A stretch of 32,000 bases of DNA. It comes from Kiritimatiella glycovorans (GTDB lineage Bacteria > Verrucomicrobiota > Kiritimatiellia > Kiritimatiellales > Kiritimatiellaceae). Of the stretch, positions 8,908 to 17,963 are shown in pieces (position 1 is the stretch's first letter; each line of letters opens with the position of its first letter). A model generated the notes under the pieces. It made no database searches, was not told the DNA's origin, and worked only from the letters and a program-made list of their open reading frames with translations. The DNA lies in assembly GCF_001017655.1 (NCBI RefSeq), contig NZ_CP010904.1:2910001-2942000 (forward strand), written 5' to 3'. Both the position numbers and the translations under genes were made by a program.

Positions 8908-8913
8908 GATGCT

Positions 8914-9166
8914 ACAGGCGGCAGAGCGGAGCGGACGCTTCGGCAGCTTTGCCGATGGTGTGAACGGCAGCGGCACACGGGATGTACGGCTTGGCCCTGC
9001 CCGGTACGCGGACATGCAAATTCTCTGACCCTTTAGCCACTGAAAGGGAGCTCGGAGTCCGGCAGTGGCCGTATACCCCTGAAGGGGAAACGATAAACCG
9101 CCGGCAGAGCACCCACCTTGTTACCGTGGTCCAGAGATGAGCATAACAGTCGGCCGGGCGGGGCCT
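8914..9166 (+). ncRNA. Candidate structured non-coding RNA or long structured 5' leader of rarA (family unassigned)
   Basis: About 250 nt lie between the promoter and the rarA ATG with no convincing ORF. Several local hairpins are present (GTGTG..CACAC, GCCACTG..CAGTGGC, CCCC-TGAA-GGGG). The segment ends with GGCC-GGGCGG-GGCC followed by T5. Confidence 0.3.
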
Positions 9167-9170
9167 TTTT

Positions 9171-10523
9171 ATGGATCTGTTCACCTCCGACAACCGGGAT
9201 CGGGACGAAAGCGGCGGCGGGCGTACACGGCCGCTGGCTGACCGCGTCCGTCCGGATACCCTCGATGAAATCTTCGGCCAGGACCACCTGCTGGCTTCGG
9301 ATAAGCTGCTGCGCCGCGCCATCGAAGCCGACCGCCTGAGCAGCATCATCCTCTACGGACCGCCGGGCACGGGCAAAACCACGCTGGCCGAGGCGATCGC
9401 GCGCACCACGCAGCGGCGCTTCGAACAGGTCAGCGGCGTAATGGCCAACGTGGCGACGCTGCGCAAAATCCTGGAGGGCGCCCGCGAGCTGCGGCGGATG
9501 CGCGGGCGTGAAACCATCCTGTTCATCGACGAAATTCACCGTTTTAACAAGGCGCAGCAGGACGTGCTGCTCCCCTACGTCGAAAAGGGCGATGTCACGC
9601 TGATCGGGGCGACCACCCACAATCCGTTTTTCTTCATCAACAGCCCGCTGACCTCCCGCTCCCAGATCTTTCAGCTCAGACCGCTCGACACCGGCACTAT
9701 GGGGCAGGTGCTCGAACGGGCGATCCACCATCCCGAGGGACTCGGACCTCTGCGGATCGAGCTGCAGGACGACGCCCGCGAACACCTCTGCTCGATCTGT
9801 GAAGGCGATGCCCGCCGCGCGCTGAATGCGCTGGAAATCGCGGCCCTCACCACGCCCGCGGGCGAGGACGGTGTCCGGCGGCTGGACCGCGGGGTCATCG
9901 AGGATTCCGTCCAGAAGAAGGCGGTGGTTTACGACCACGACGAGGACGAGCACTACGACACCATTTCCGCGTTTATCAAGAGCGTGCGCGGCTCCGACCC
10001 GCACGCCGCGGTCTACTGGCTGGCCAAAATGCTCTATGCGGGAGAAGACCCGCGCTTCATCGCACGCCGCCTGATCATCCTGGCCTCGGAGGACATCGGC
10101 AACGCCGACCCGCACGGCCTCCCGCTCGCGGTCGCGAGCCTGAACGCCGTCGATTTCGTCGGCATGCCGGAGGCCCGCATCATACTTTCGCAGGCCACGA
10201 CCTACCTCGCGACGGCCCCGAAAAGCAACGCGGCTTACCGGGCCATCGAAGAGGCCGGACGCGACGTCGAACAGGGAAACACCCTCCCGGTGCCCGACCA
10301 CCTGCGCGATACGCATTACCGCGGCGCCCGCGAGCTGGGCCACGAGGGCTACAAGTACGCCCACGACTACGAGGGGCACTTCGTCGACCAGGAATACGTC
10401 CCCACCTCGAAGATCTATTACCGGCCCTCCCGGGAAGGACGCGAAGCCGAGATCCGCGCGCGCATGCTCGAGTGGCATCGTGCGCGGAAAAAAACGCCGC
10501 GAAAAGATGAACCGTCTCGCTAA
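9171..10523 (+). CDS. rarA: Replication-associated recombination protein A (AAA+ ATPase, MgsA/RarA)
   Basis: Walker A GPPGTGKTT, Walker B ILFIDEIHRF, and the MgsA C-terminal domain (HYDTISAFIKSVRGSDPHAAVYWLAKML..GEDPRFIARRL). Confidence 0.9.
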   Translation: MDLFTSDNRDRDESGGGRTRPLADRVRPDTLDEIFGQDHLLASDKLLRRAIEADRLSSIILYGPPGTGKTTLAEAIARTTQRRFEQVSGVMANVATLRKILEGARELRRMRGRETILFIDEIHRFNKAQQDVLLPYVEKGDVTLIGATTHNPFFFINSPLTSRSQIFQLRPLDTGTMGQVLERAIHHPEGLGPLRIELQDDAREHLCSICEGDARRALNALEIAALTTPAGEDGVRRLDRGVIEDSVQKKAVVYDHDEDEHYDTISAFIKSVRGSDPHAAVYWLAKMLYAGEDPRFIARRLIILASEDIGNADPHGLPLAVASLNAVDFVGMPEARIILSQATTYLATAPKSNAAYRAIEEAGRDVEQGNTLPVPDHLRDTHYRGARELGHEGYKYAHDYEGHFVDQEYVPTSKIYYRPSREGREAEIRARMLEWHRARKKTPRKDEPSR

Positions 10524-11103
10524 AGACAAGGCCCGGAGGTGGGGACGCGCAGGGCGGGCCTCTCTCCCCCCCGATGCACGCGCTCGCAAAAACCGCGCTC
10601 TGTGCCGTCGTCTGACCCGGCTGAAGCCTTTTATCACGGCGCGCTCCGTTGCCCTCTACAGGGCCGTCGGCGATGAAGTCGACCTCTCGGAGGTGGAGGC
10701 GCCCCTCCGCGCCCGGGGGGTGCGTATCTACCTGCCCCGCTATAACGGCGAACAATACGAAATGGCGCTCTGGCAACCGGACACCCCCCTCGAAAGAGGG
10801 CCGCTCGGCATCCCGCAGCCCCCGGGACCGGCCGCAGGCGAACATGAGATCGATCTCGTGCTGGTTCCCGGCCTCGCATTCGACGTGCAAGGGAACCGGG
10901 CCGGCCACGGGGGCGGCCATTACGATCGCATGCTGAAAAATCTCCGCGCCTTCCGGACCGGCGTCGCCTTCGACGCCCAGCTCGTGCCGCGAATCGAAAC
11001 GGCCCCGCACGATGTTCCGGTTCGCCTTGTGCTCACCGAACGCAGGTTGTACGGTATCAATGCCGAACGATTCTCAATTCTGAGTGTCGAACGAGGCGGA
11101 TAA
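10507..11103 (+). CDS. 5-formyltetrahydrofolate cyclo-ligase (MTHFS/YgfA family)
   Basis: The blocks DLVLVPGLAFDVQGNRAGHGGGHYDR and ...PHDVPVRLVLTE are diagnostic. The start is chosen at ATG 10507, which overlaps the rarA end by 17 nt. The alternative start at 10480 is less likely. Confidence 0.8.
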   Translation: MNRLAKDKARRWGRAGRASLPPDARARKNRALCRRLTRLKPFITARSVALYRAVGDEVDLSEVEAPLRARGVRIYLPRYNGEQYEMALWQPDTPLERGPLGIPQPPGPAAGEHEIDLVLVPGLAFDVQGNRAGHGGGHYDRMLKNLRAFRTGVAFDAQLVPRIETAPHDVPVRLVLTERRLYGINAERFSILSVERGG

Positions 11104-11147
11104 CCAACCGGGGAGGATCTTCCCGATGAAACTTCCGGAGGAGCACC

Positions 11148-12719
11148 ATGGGGTACGAGTACGATTGGTGGCAGATGTGGCAGGACATTATCGTCCCGCT
11201 GGGATTTGTCGTGCTGGGATTCTTTTTCCACGCCTACCTTACAAAGGCCAACGCCGTCGCGGCGTCGAAACAGGCCAAATCGATCCTTGAGGACGCGGAG
11301 AAACAGGCCGAAAGCATCCGGCGCGAGGCGCAGCTCAACCTGCGCGATCAGGAACTTAAAGTCCACGAAAAGGCGCATGAGGAACAGGACAGTGCGCGGA
11401 AGGAGCTGGTCGATCTCGAAAACCGGATCATGAAGCGGGAGAAGGACTTCGACCGCAAGCTCTCCCTGCTGGACCAGAAAGAGCAGCAGCTCGAACAGCA
11501 GATTTCCGAGGCGGAGCGGAAGGAACAGGCGGCCGAGGCCCGCCGCACCGAACTCGACGAGCTGATTGAACAGGAGAACAGGGCGGTCCAGAAAGCCGCG
11601 GAAATGTCCCGGGATGAGGCGCGGGAGACGATCATGAAGCGGCTGCAGGAGGCCCTGAGCGAAGACTCGGCGCGTCTCATCCGCCACGCCCAGAACGAGG
11701 CCCGGGTGCTGGCCCGGACCGAGGCCCGCAAGATCGTGGTCTCGGCCATCGAACGCTACGCCGGCGAGCAGGCCAACGACGTGACCACCACCACGGTGGA
11801 TCTGCCGAGCGACGAGATGAAGGGACGGATCATCGGGCGCGAGGGACGCAATATTCGCGCGTTCGAATCGACCACCGGGATCAACCTGATCATCGACGAA
11901 ACCCCCGGGGTCGTGACCCTGTCAGGCTTCGACCCCACGCGGCGCGAAACGGCGCGGATCACCCTTGAGCGCCTGATCGAGGACGGGCGTATCCAGCCGG
12001 CGCGCATCGAGGAGATCTTCGAAAAGACCAGCCGGGAGGTCGACGACACGATCCGCAAGGCGGGCGAGGACGTGCTCTTCCAGCTCGGTCTGCAGGGGGT
12101 CGCCCCGGAACTCGTCAGCCTGGTCGGGCGGCTGAAGTTCCGCCACAGCTACTCCCAGAACGTCCTGCAGCACTCGCTGGAGACCGCCTTCCTTATGGGG
12201 TCGATGGCCGCCGATCTCGGGCTCGATCCCTCTGTTGCGAAGAGAGTGGGGATCTTCCACGACATCGGCAAGGCCGTGGATCACGAAGTCGAAGGCCCCC
12301 ACGCGCTGATCGGCGGGAAACTGCTGCGCAGGCACGGGGAAAGCCCCGAAGTCTATAACGCCGTCGCCGCCCACCACCACGAAATGGACGTCGACAGCAT
12401 CTACGCGACACTGGCGTCGTCGGCCGACGCGATCTCGGCCTCGCGGCCCGGAGCGCGCTCGGACACGACGGAGAATTATCTCAAACGCCTCTCCCGGCTC
12501 GAGAACGTCGCCGGCGACTTCGAGGGCGTGAACAAGGCCTTCGCCATCCAGGCCGGACGCGAACTGCGCGTGATCGTGGCCCCGTCGGAGATCAGCGACG
12601 AGGCAGCCACCCTGCTCGCACGCGATATCGCCAAGAAGATCGAGCAGGAAGTGCGCTACCCCGGCCAGATCAAGGTGACCGTGATCCGCGAGACCCGCTG
12701 CATCGAATACGCTCAGTAG
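11148..12719 (+). CDS. rny: Ribonuclease Y
   Basis: N-terminal TM helix, long coiled coil, KH domain (MKGRIIGREGRNIRAFE), HD domain (HSLETAFLMG...FHDIGKA) and a conserved C-terminus (YPGQIKVTVIRE). Confidence 0.93.
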   Translation: MGYEYDWWQMWQDIIVPLGFVVLGFFFHAYLTKANAVAASKQAKSILEDAEKQAESIRREAQLNLRDQELKVHEKAHEEQDSARKELVDLENRIMKREKDFDRKLSLLDQKEQQLEQQISEAERKEQAAEARRTELDELIEQENRAVQKAAEMSRDEARETIMKRLQEALSEDSARLIRHAQNEARVLARTEARKIVVSAIERYAGEQANDVTTTTVDLPSDEMKGRIIGREGRNIRAFESTTGINLIIDETPGVVTLSGFDPTRRETARITLERLIEDGRIQPARIEEIFEKTSREVDDTIRKAGEDVLFQLGLQGVAPELVSLVGRLKFRHSYSQNVLQHSLETAFLMGSMAADLGLDPSVAKRVGIFHDIGKAVDHEVEGPHALIGGKLLRRHGESPEVYNAVAAHHHEMDVDSIYATLASSADAISASRPGARSDTTENYLKRLSRLENVAGDFEGVNKAFAIQAGRELRVIVAPSEISDEAATLLARDIAKKIEQEVRYPGQIKVTVIRETRCIEYAQ

Positions 12720-12754
12720 GTTCTTCGTAGATTTTGGTGAACTACTGGAATCCC

Positions 12755-12978
12755 GGCGGCTGGATTAGAAATCCGCTCGCGTCACAACGTACGCGTACTC
12801 GTGCTCAGCGAAGCGGTACTCGTACTCGAATTCCTTGAATCGGGGGAGTGGGATCGCGCCTTCGGCGCTTCGGGTACGAGTACGGGTACGAGTACGAGTA
12901 AGAGTAAGAATGAGGGTGCGAATTATGTTCACCCCCCTCGATTACCCTTCATGGTCTTCATGGTGAATCCCATTCTCT
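12755..12978. repeat. Mosaic intergenic repeat, copy c (Y - arm - core - hexamer array - X-like stub - G-run - nonamer array), reverse orientation relative to copy a
   Basis: The core reverse complement lies at 12845-12873, with the inner hairpin GCGCC-TTC-GGCGC at 12856-12868. GTACTCGTACTCG (12817-12828) faces CGAGTACGAGTA (12889-12900). Confidence 0.8.
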
Positions 12979-13003
12979 CCCCGCCGCTTTCGGGCCTCTG
13001 CGG

Positions 13004-14038
13004 CTACTCCCTCCCGCGACCGTGGGCTGCGGGGGCCCCGGCGATGTACCTCGCCAGATCCTCGATCCTGACCTGTCCCTGCGCGCGGTCGCGTTCGTCC
13101 ATCAGCACCGCGACCGGCTGACGATTTTTCCGCAGTTTGCTGAAGGCCTGCTGGAGGGTCGCGTCGGCCCGGATCCGTACGGCCTTGCGCACGAGCGGCC
13201 GCACCGGATCGTCCGGCCCCGTCTCCGGATCCATGAGATCGCAGAGATGCAGCGTGCCGATCACGTTATTCCGGCGTCCCCGGAATACCGCGCAGCGGTT
13301 GCGGCCGCTCTTCTGCAGGAGCCGTTCCGCGTCGCGCACCGCGGACTCGACCGACACCGCCGGCACCCGGTCGAGCGGGGTCATCAGCCGCCGCGCGGGT
13401 ATGCGCCGCATCGCGATCACGTTCTCCATCATCTGGTTCTGGTGGGGCGTCAGGGCACCGTGGCGGATGCCCTCGGAAAAGTACATCCGCAGGCGCTGCG
13501 GCGAGAGCTGCAGCAGATCGCGGTGCGGGTCGGCGGGGGAGGTGCGCAGCAGCGCGCGGAAGAGCAGGCGCAGCGGAGTGGTCAGAGGACGGCATACGGC
13601 CAGGGATATCCGCAGGACCATCGCGCCGCGCGTCATCAGCTCCTCCGCCCGCGTCCGGAACAGGTTCTTGGGCAGCAGTTCGGCGAACAGGAACATGGGC
13701 GGCGTGAGCACGAGCGTCGCGGCGATCTCGGCGTTCCATGGGATCAGGCCGAACAGAACCCGCCCCCCTCCGGCGCCGACGCCGTGCGCCAGGAAGGAGG
13801 CCGTCACGGTCTGAGCCGCGAGGTAGTTGACCACGTTGTTGCAGAGCAGGACCGTAAAGACGAAGCGCTGGGGTTCGCGCAGCACCTCCTCCAGCCAGCG
13901 CGCGCGCCGCACGCCGTGGCGCGCGCGGTAGCGCAGGTGGATGCGGCTGACCATGTATCCGCCGGTCTCGCTCCCCGAGTAAAAGGCGGAGAGGATCAGC
14001 GCGCTCAGCAGTTTGACCCATGCGTCCCAGGCGGTCAT
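13004..14038 (-). CDS. DUF21 (CNNM) transmembrane plus CBS-pair protein, lacking the CorC_HlyC C-terminal domain
   Basis: The start at ATG 14038 overlaps the stop of the upstream paralogue (ATGA). The N-terminus ...SAFYSGSETG is typical of DUF21. CBS region: RRLMTPLDRVPAV... Confidence 0.75.
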   Translation of the reverse strand: MTAWDAWVKLLSALILSAFYSGSETGGYMVSRIHLRYRARHGVRRARWLEEVLREPQRFVFTVLLCNNVVNYLAAQTVTASFLAHGVGAGGGRVLFGLIPWNAEIAATLVLTPPMFLFAELLPKNLFRTRAEELMTRGAMVLRISLAVCRPLTTPLRLLFRALLRTSPADPHRDLLQLSPQRLRMYFSEGIRHGALTPHQNQMMENVIAMRRIPARRLMTPLDRVPAVSVESAVRDAERLLQKSGRNRCAVFRGRRNNVIGTLHLCDLMDPETGPDDPVRPLVRKAVRIRADATLQQAFSKLRKNRQPVAVLMDERDRAQGQVRIEDLARYIAGAPAAHGRGRE

Positions 14039-15321
14039 GGCAGCGGCACCTTCAGTTCCTCCTCGGGCGAAGCGAGTTCGAGCAGGACTGTCTCGATCCG
14101 CCTGCCGTGCATCCGCTCCACCGTGAACGCAAGATTCTGCAGCCTCACCGTATCGCCCTCCCGGGGCACCCGCCCGAGCAGGTACACGATCAGCCCCGCG
14201 AGCGTGTCGAAGGGCAGCGATTCCAGCTCCGCCTCCGGCACGTAGCCTCGGAAGAGCGCGCGCCATTCGCGCACCGGCAGCCTGCCGCTGAGGCGGTAGC
14301 GCGCCTCGCCGAGCGTATCCACGTCGAGCGCCTGCCCGGCGTCGAATTCCCCGAGCACCTCTTCCAGCAGATCCTCGATCGTCACCACGCCCGCCAGCCC
14401 GCCGTACTCGTCGACCACGACCACGAACTCGAGGTTCTCCTCGACGAAACGCCGCAGCAGTTCGTCCGCGCGCAGCATCTCGGGCACAAACTTCACGGGC
14501 CGCACGCGCCCGACCCCGTCGCGGCCGTCCCGCCGTGCAAAGTAGAGGTCGCGGACGCCGACGATCCCGATGATGCGATCCTCGTGATCCTCGTACACGG
14601 GGAGCGTGCTGATATCGCGCCGGCGCGCCGCCTCCAGCACCGGCCCCGGATCGCCGCGGCGGTCGAGCAGGAGCACATCCACCCGCGGCGTCATGATCTC
14701 GCTGATCCGGATGCCCGGCAGATGCACGATGTCTTCGATGATCTCCTTTTCCTTCACGGGAACGGAATCGCTGCCGCGCGTCAGATCGAGCAGGATCCGC
14801 AGCTCCTCGCCCGTGATCATCCGCGTGGCCTCGCCGCCCTCGTGTCCGCCCCGGCGCGCGCGGACGGCGCGATACACTGCGCGGACCGGGGAGGTGAGCG
14901 CGAACCAGCCCCGAAGCGGAATCGCGGCCGCCCGGGAGAAGGCGAGCGGATAGGACACCCCCAGCGCCTTCGGAAGGATTTCGCCGAAGAGAATCACCAG
15001 CACCAGGAGGACGATCCCCGCCGCCACCTCGATCCAGCCCCCAGCCGCGCGGCCCAGATGCGTCGCCATTGCCGCGCCCGAGCAGAAGAAGAGCAGATTA
15101 ACGAGCATATTCCCGAACAGAACGGCGACCAGCAGCTCGGCGGGACGCGAGGAAAGCGAGACGATGGCCGCCGCCGTCCTGCCCTCCGAACGCGCGAGCT
15201 GATGGAGCTGGTCCCTCTTCAGAGAGAACAGCGCCGTTTCGGCCCCCGAGAAGAAGGCCGATCCGGCCAGCAGCAGGACCAGCCCCGCCAGTCCCGTTCC
15301 GTATTCGCTCAGTTGCTCCAT
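14035..15321 (-). CDS. HlyC/CorC-family transporter (DUF21 + CBS pair + CorC_HlyC domain)
   Basis: SAFFSGAETALFS (DUF21), CBS pair (ISEIMTPRVDV...; VVVDEYGGLAGVVTIEDLLEEV), and a C-terminal transporter-associated domain (YRLSGRLPVRE...LAGLIVYLLGRVPREGD). Confidence 0.88.
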   Translation of the reverse strand: MEQLSEYGTGLAGLVLLLAGSAFFSGAETALFSLKRDQLHQLARSEGRTAAAIVSLSSRPAELLVAVLFGNMLVNLLFFCSGAAMATHLGRAAGGWIEVAAGIVLLVLVILFGEILPKALGVSYPLAFSRAAAIPLRGWFALTSPVRAVYRAVRARRGGHEGGEATRMITGEELRILLDLTRGSDSVPVKEKEIIEDIVHLPGIRISEIMTPRVDVLLLDRRGDPGPVLEAARRRDISTLPVYEDHEDRIIGIVGVRDLYFARRDGRDGVGRVRPVKFVPEMLRADELLRRFVEENLEFVVVVDEYGGLAGVVTIEDLLEEVLGEFDAGQALDVDTLGEARYRLSGRLPVREWRALFRGYVPEAELESLPFDTLAGLIVYLLGRVPREGDTVRLQNLAFTVERMHGRRIETVLLELASPEEELKVPLP

Positions 15322-15566
15322 GATTGTGGTTTGCCCGCGGCGGAGATACGTTTATACTCGATTCTGTGCGGCGTCCCGTCAACAGCACGGAACGCCCGGG
15401 CGGATGCGCGGGGGGCCCATGGATCCCGTGCCACACCGCAGGCAGGATGTTAGTATGAATATATTGTCCCGGTCGAGGACGGACGGTTCGAGCCGGGATC
15501 ACGGGAGCCGTTTTATTTCTGTGCCTGCAACGGGCCGCGGCCCGGGCGGGTGCGGGTGAAAGGCGA

Positions 15567-16787
15567 ATGATCGATTCCATGCTCGACAGGAAAGGCACGT
15601 ATGCCGCGCCGCTGATGGCCGGCCTCCTGCTGGTCGGGGGGATCTTCGGCTGCGGACGCGGCCCCGGCGATGCGGAATATGAAAAGGGCATGCGGGCGAT
15701 CAGGGAAGGGCGGCTCGTCCGCGCCCGCGCCCATCTCGAAAAAGCGGTCCGCCAGCGGGCCGGACGCGGCGACACCGGACCCGCCTGCAATCGCCTCGGT
15801 ATGGTCCTCTGGGAACTCGGCGCCCCCGGGGACGCAATCGAAGCGTTTCAGAAAAGCCGTACCCGGTCGCCGGATTCCTTCGACGCCCTCTACAATCTCG
15901 GATACGCGCTGGTCTCCGAAGGGCGGGCGGAACACGCCGAAGAGGTGCTTACCGAGGCGGCGCTGGTACACCCCCAGGACGCGCAGTCGCTCCAGCTCCT
16001 CGGCGCCGCCTTCCTCGAACAGGGCAAGTGGGACCGCGCCCGGCAGGCCTACGAACGGGCCCTGCGCCGCCGCCCGGACGACCCCGCCCTCCTGTGCGGG
16101 CTGGCCCTGGCGGAGTACGGCGCACAGGATCCCTCGTCGGCGCTGAAACGCCTTCAGGCGCTGACGAAAGGGCACCCCGGCTACGCCCCGGGTCATTTCA
16201 ACCTCGCCGCCGTGTACCGCTTCGGCTTCAACCGGTCCGGCGATGCCGACCGCGCGCTGAACGCCTACCTGGAGGCGGCGGAGGGCCCGGACGCACGGGA
16301 ACGCGCCGCCCGCCTCCGGCGCGGCGAAACCCCGCCCCCCCGCCGCGCCCGGCGCACGCGGGAAGAGGATCCGCTGGGTCTCGAACCCCGGCCGGAACGC
16401 GACCGGGCCGCCGCGACCGAGGCCTTCGGCAGGGCGTTCCGCCACTACGCGGCCGGCGATTTCGACGAAGCGGCGCAATGGTACACCCGCGCAGTGGAAC
16501 ACGACGAGACGTACGAGGAGGCGTTCTACAACCTGGGGCTCACCTACCACAAACTGGACCGCCTGGACGCCGCGGCGGCCGCCTACCGTCGCGCGCTCGA
16601 ACTGAACCCCGCCTCAGCCCGCGCACGCTACAACCTGGCGCTCGTCCACTATCAGCGCGGCAACCTGCGCGAAGCACAACGCGAAGCCCGGGCCGTCCTC
16701 GCCCAGCACCCCGACCACCGCTCCTCCGAACACCTCATCCGGCTCATCCGTGAGAACGGGGAGGAAAGGGACGGTGAAGAGGAATAG
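15567..16787 (+). CDS. TPR-repeat lipoprotein
   Basis: Lipobox LVGGIFGC near the N-terminus and multiple TPR-like units (AxxxxxxAL..P....A..NLG). Confidence 0.7.
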   Translation: MIDSMLDRKGTYAAPLMAGLLLVGGIFGCGRGPGDAEYEKGMRAIREGRLVRARAHLEKAVRQRAGRGDTGPACNRLGMVLWELGAPGDAIEAFQKSRTRSPDSFDALYNLGYALVSEGRAEHAEEVLTEAALVHPQDAQSLQLLGAAFLEQGKWDRARQAYERALRRRPDDPALLCGLALAEYGAQDPSSALKRLQALTKGHPGYAPGHFNLAAVYRFGFNRSGDADRALNAYLEAAEGPDARERAARLRRGETPPPRRARRTREEDPLGLEPRPERDRAAATEAFGRAFRHYAAGDFDEAAQWYTRAVEHDETYEEAFYNLGLTYHKLDRLDAAAAAYRRALELNPASARARYNLALVHYQRGNLREAQREARAVLAQHPDHRSSEHLIRLIRENGEERDGEEE

Positions 16788-16791
16788 CAAA

Positions 16792-16868
16792 GAATCGGGA
16801 TCGCGTTCGGGATCGGGAGTCACCATGAAGCTCATGAAGCACGGCGGGGGTGCTTAGCCCGCCCCCGC
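16792..16868. repeat. Mosaic intergenic repeat, reduced copy f (degenerate core plus CATGAAGNN x2 plus GC hairpin)
   Basis: GAATCGGGATCGCGTTCGGG...TCACCATGAAGCTCATGAAGCACGG matches parts of 12838-12875 and 22846-22880. GCGGGGG..CCCCCGC forms a hairpin between the convergent gene ends. Confidence 0.6.
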
Positions 16869-16885
16869 GAATGGCGCCCATGACC

Positions 16886-17758
16886 TTATTCCTCCGCGGC
16901 CACGAGGCGCGTGACGCGGAAGCCCTCTTTCTCGAGCAGGTGCAGGACGCCTTTTTCGCCGACGAGATGGCCTGCGCCCACCAGCACGAACTCCGTCTCC
17001 GGCGAGCGCGCGAAGGCGGTCAGCTCATCCATCCAGTCACGGTTGCGTTCGACAATGATCTCCCGGTACAGCTCCGGATGCTTGCGCTTCATGTCGCGGT
17101 TGAGCAGCTCCTGAAGCGCCTCGCGATCCCCGTTCCGCCACGCCGACAGCAGTCCGGTCAGCATTTCGGAGGTCGACGCGATATCGTTCACGAACTGCTG
17201 CACCAGCTCATCCTCGTGCCCCTCGCCCATCGAGGCGAGCAGGTCGATCTGCTTCGAGAGGGGTTCGAGCCGGCCGACCTGCTTGCCTTCCTCGACGGCC
17301 CGGCGGTAGAAGTGCATATCGACCCCCTCCTGGTCGACCCCGAGGCGCTGCAGCTCGAGCTGCATCAGCGTGAGAACGGCCATCCAGGGTTTCAACGCCT
17401 GCAGGCTGGCCGGGGGGATGTCGGCCGAATGGCAGTACCGTTTGAGCGTCTTCCAGGACTTGGCGGAGAGCGCCTCCTGCAGTGTCGTGCCGTCCTGGTA
17501 GACGCCGCGCTGGAGCAGCTCACGCTGAACCTCCGGGTCGTTGAGCCCGCCCAAATCGGTTTCAAAAACCAGCAGGCCCGACGTTTCATACGCCGTTTCA
17601 AATTCCCGGGGCAGCGGGTAATCCGACTCGCGAAGGACATGACAGGTGCCGCCCACATACATGCGGTTCCCGTCAGCCCGCACTTCCCAGACCGAACTCT
17701 GCGCCGAGGCGCCGAAGGCCAGCCCGAGAACCGCGGGTCCGATGATCCGCCTGGTCAT
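16886..17758 (-). CDS. TraB/GumN-family protein (secreted)
   Basis: Family blocks YVGGTCHVL, LVFETD and VLVGAGHLVGEKGVLHLLEKEGFRV. The start is chosen at 17758 because it gives a signal peptide (MTRRIIGPAVLGLAFGASAQS). The ORF track starts earlier, at 17878. Confidence 0.75.
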   Translation of the reverse strand: MTRRIIGPAVLGLAFGASAQSSVWEVRADGNRMYVGGTCHVLRESDYPLPREFETAYETSGLLVFETDLGGLNDPEVQRELLQRGVYQDGTTLQEALSAKSWKTLKRYCHSADIPPASLQALKPWMAVLTLMQLELQRLGVDQEGVDMHFYRRAVEEGKQVGRLEPLSKQIDLLASMGEGHEDELVQQFVNDIASTSEMLTGLLSAWRNGDREALQELLNRDMKRKHPELYREIIVERNRDWMDELTAFARSPETEFVLVGAGHLVGEKGVLHLLEKEGFRVTRLVAAEE

Positions 17759-17963
17759 TTTTTTCCGGTCCAACACGCTCGCTCCTCCCGGGTTTACCGT
17801 CGGTCTTCCGGGGCACGATTGTGCACGCACCGCGCTGAAGTGCAAGCGCGACGGGCGCATGCTCACATTTACACACACTTACGCTTTGATTTGCCGAGCC
17901 GCCTGTGTTCATATCGTGCGCTCAGGTTTTCGCAGATACGGGTAAACTTAACCCCTGATCATC

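Noticed and set aside
9040-9075. GCCACTG...CAGTGGC and nearby GGTG..GAA strings considered as a cobalamin riboswitch (B12 box), or alternatively as a TPP or other riboswitch, upstream of rarA.
   Set aside because: The other conserved cobalamin-riboswitch blocks (AGGGAA, the GGTGAAAATCC-type junction, CCCGC..ACTGT) are not present in the right order. rarA is also not a plausible riboswitch-regulated gene. The region is kept only as an unassigned ncRNA/leader candidate.
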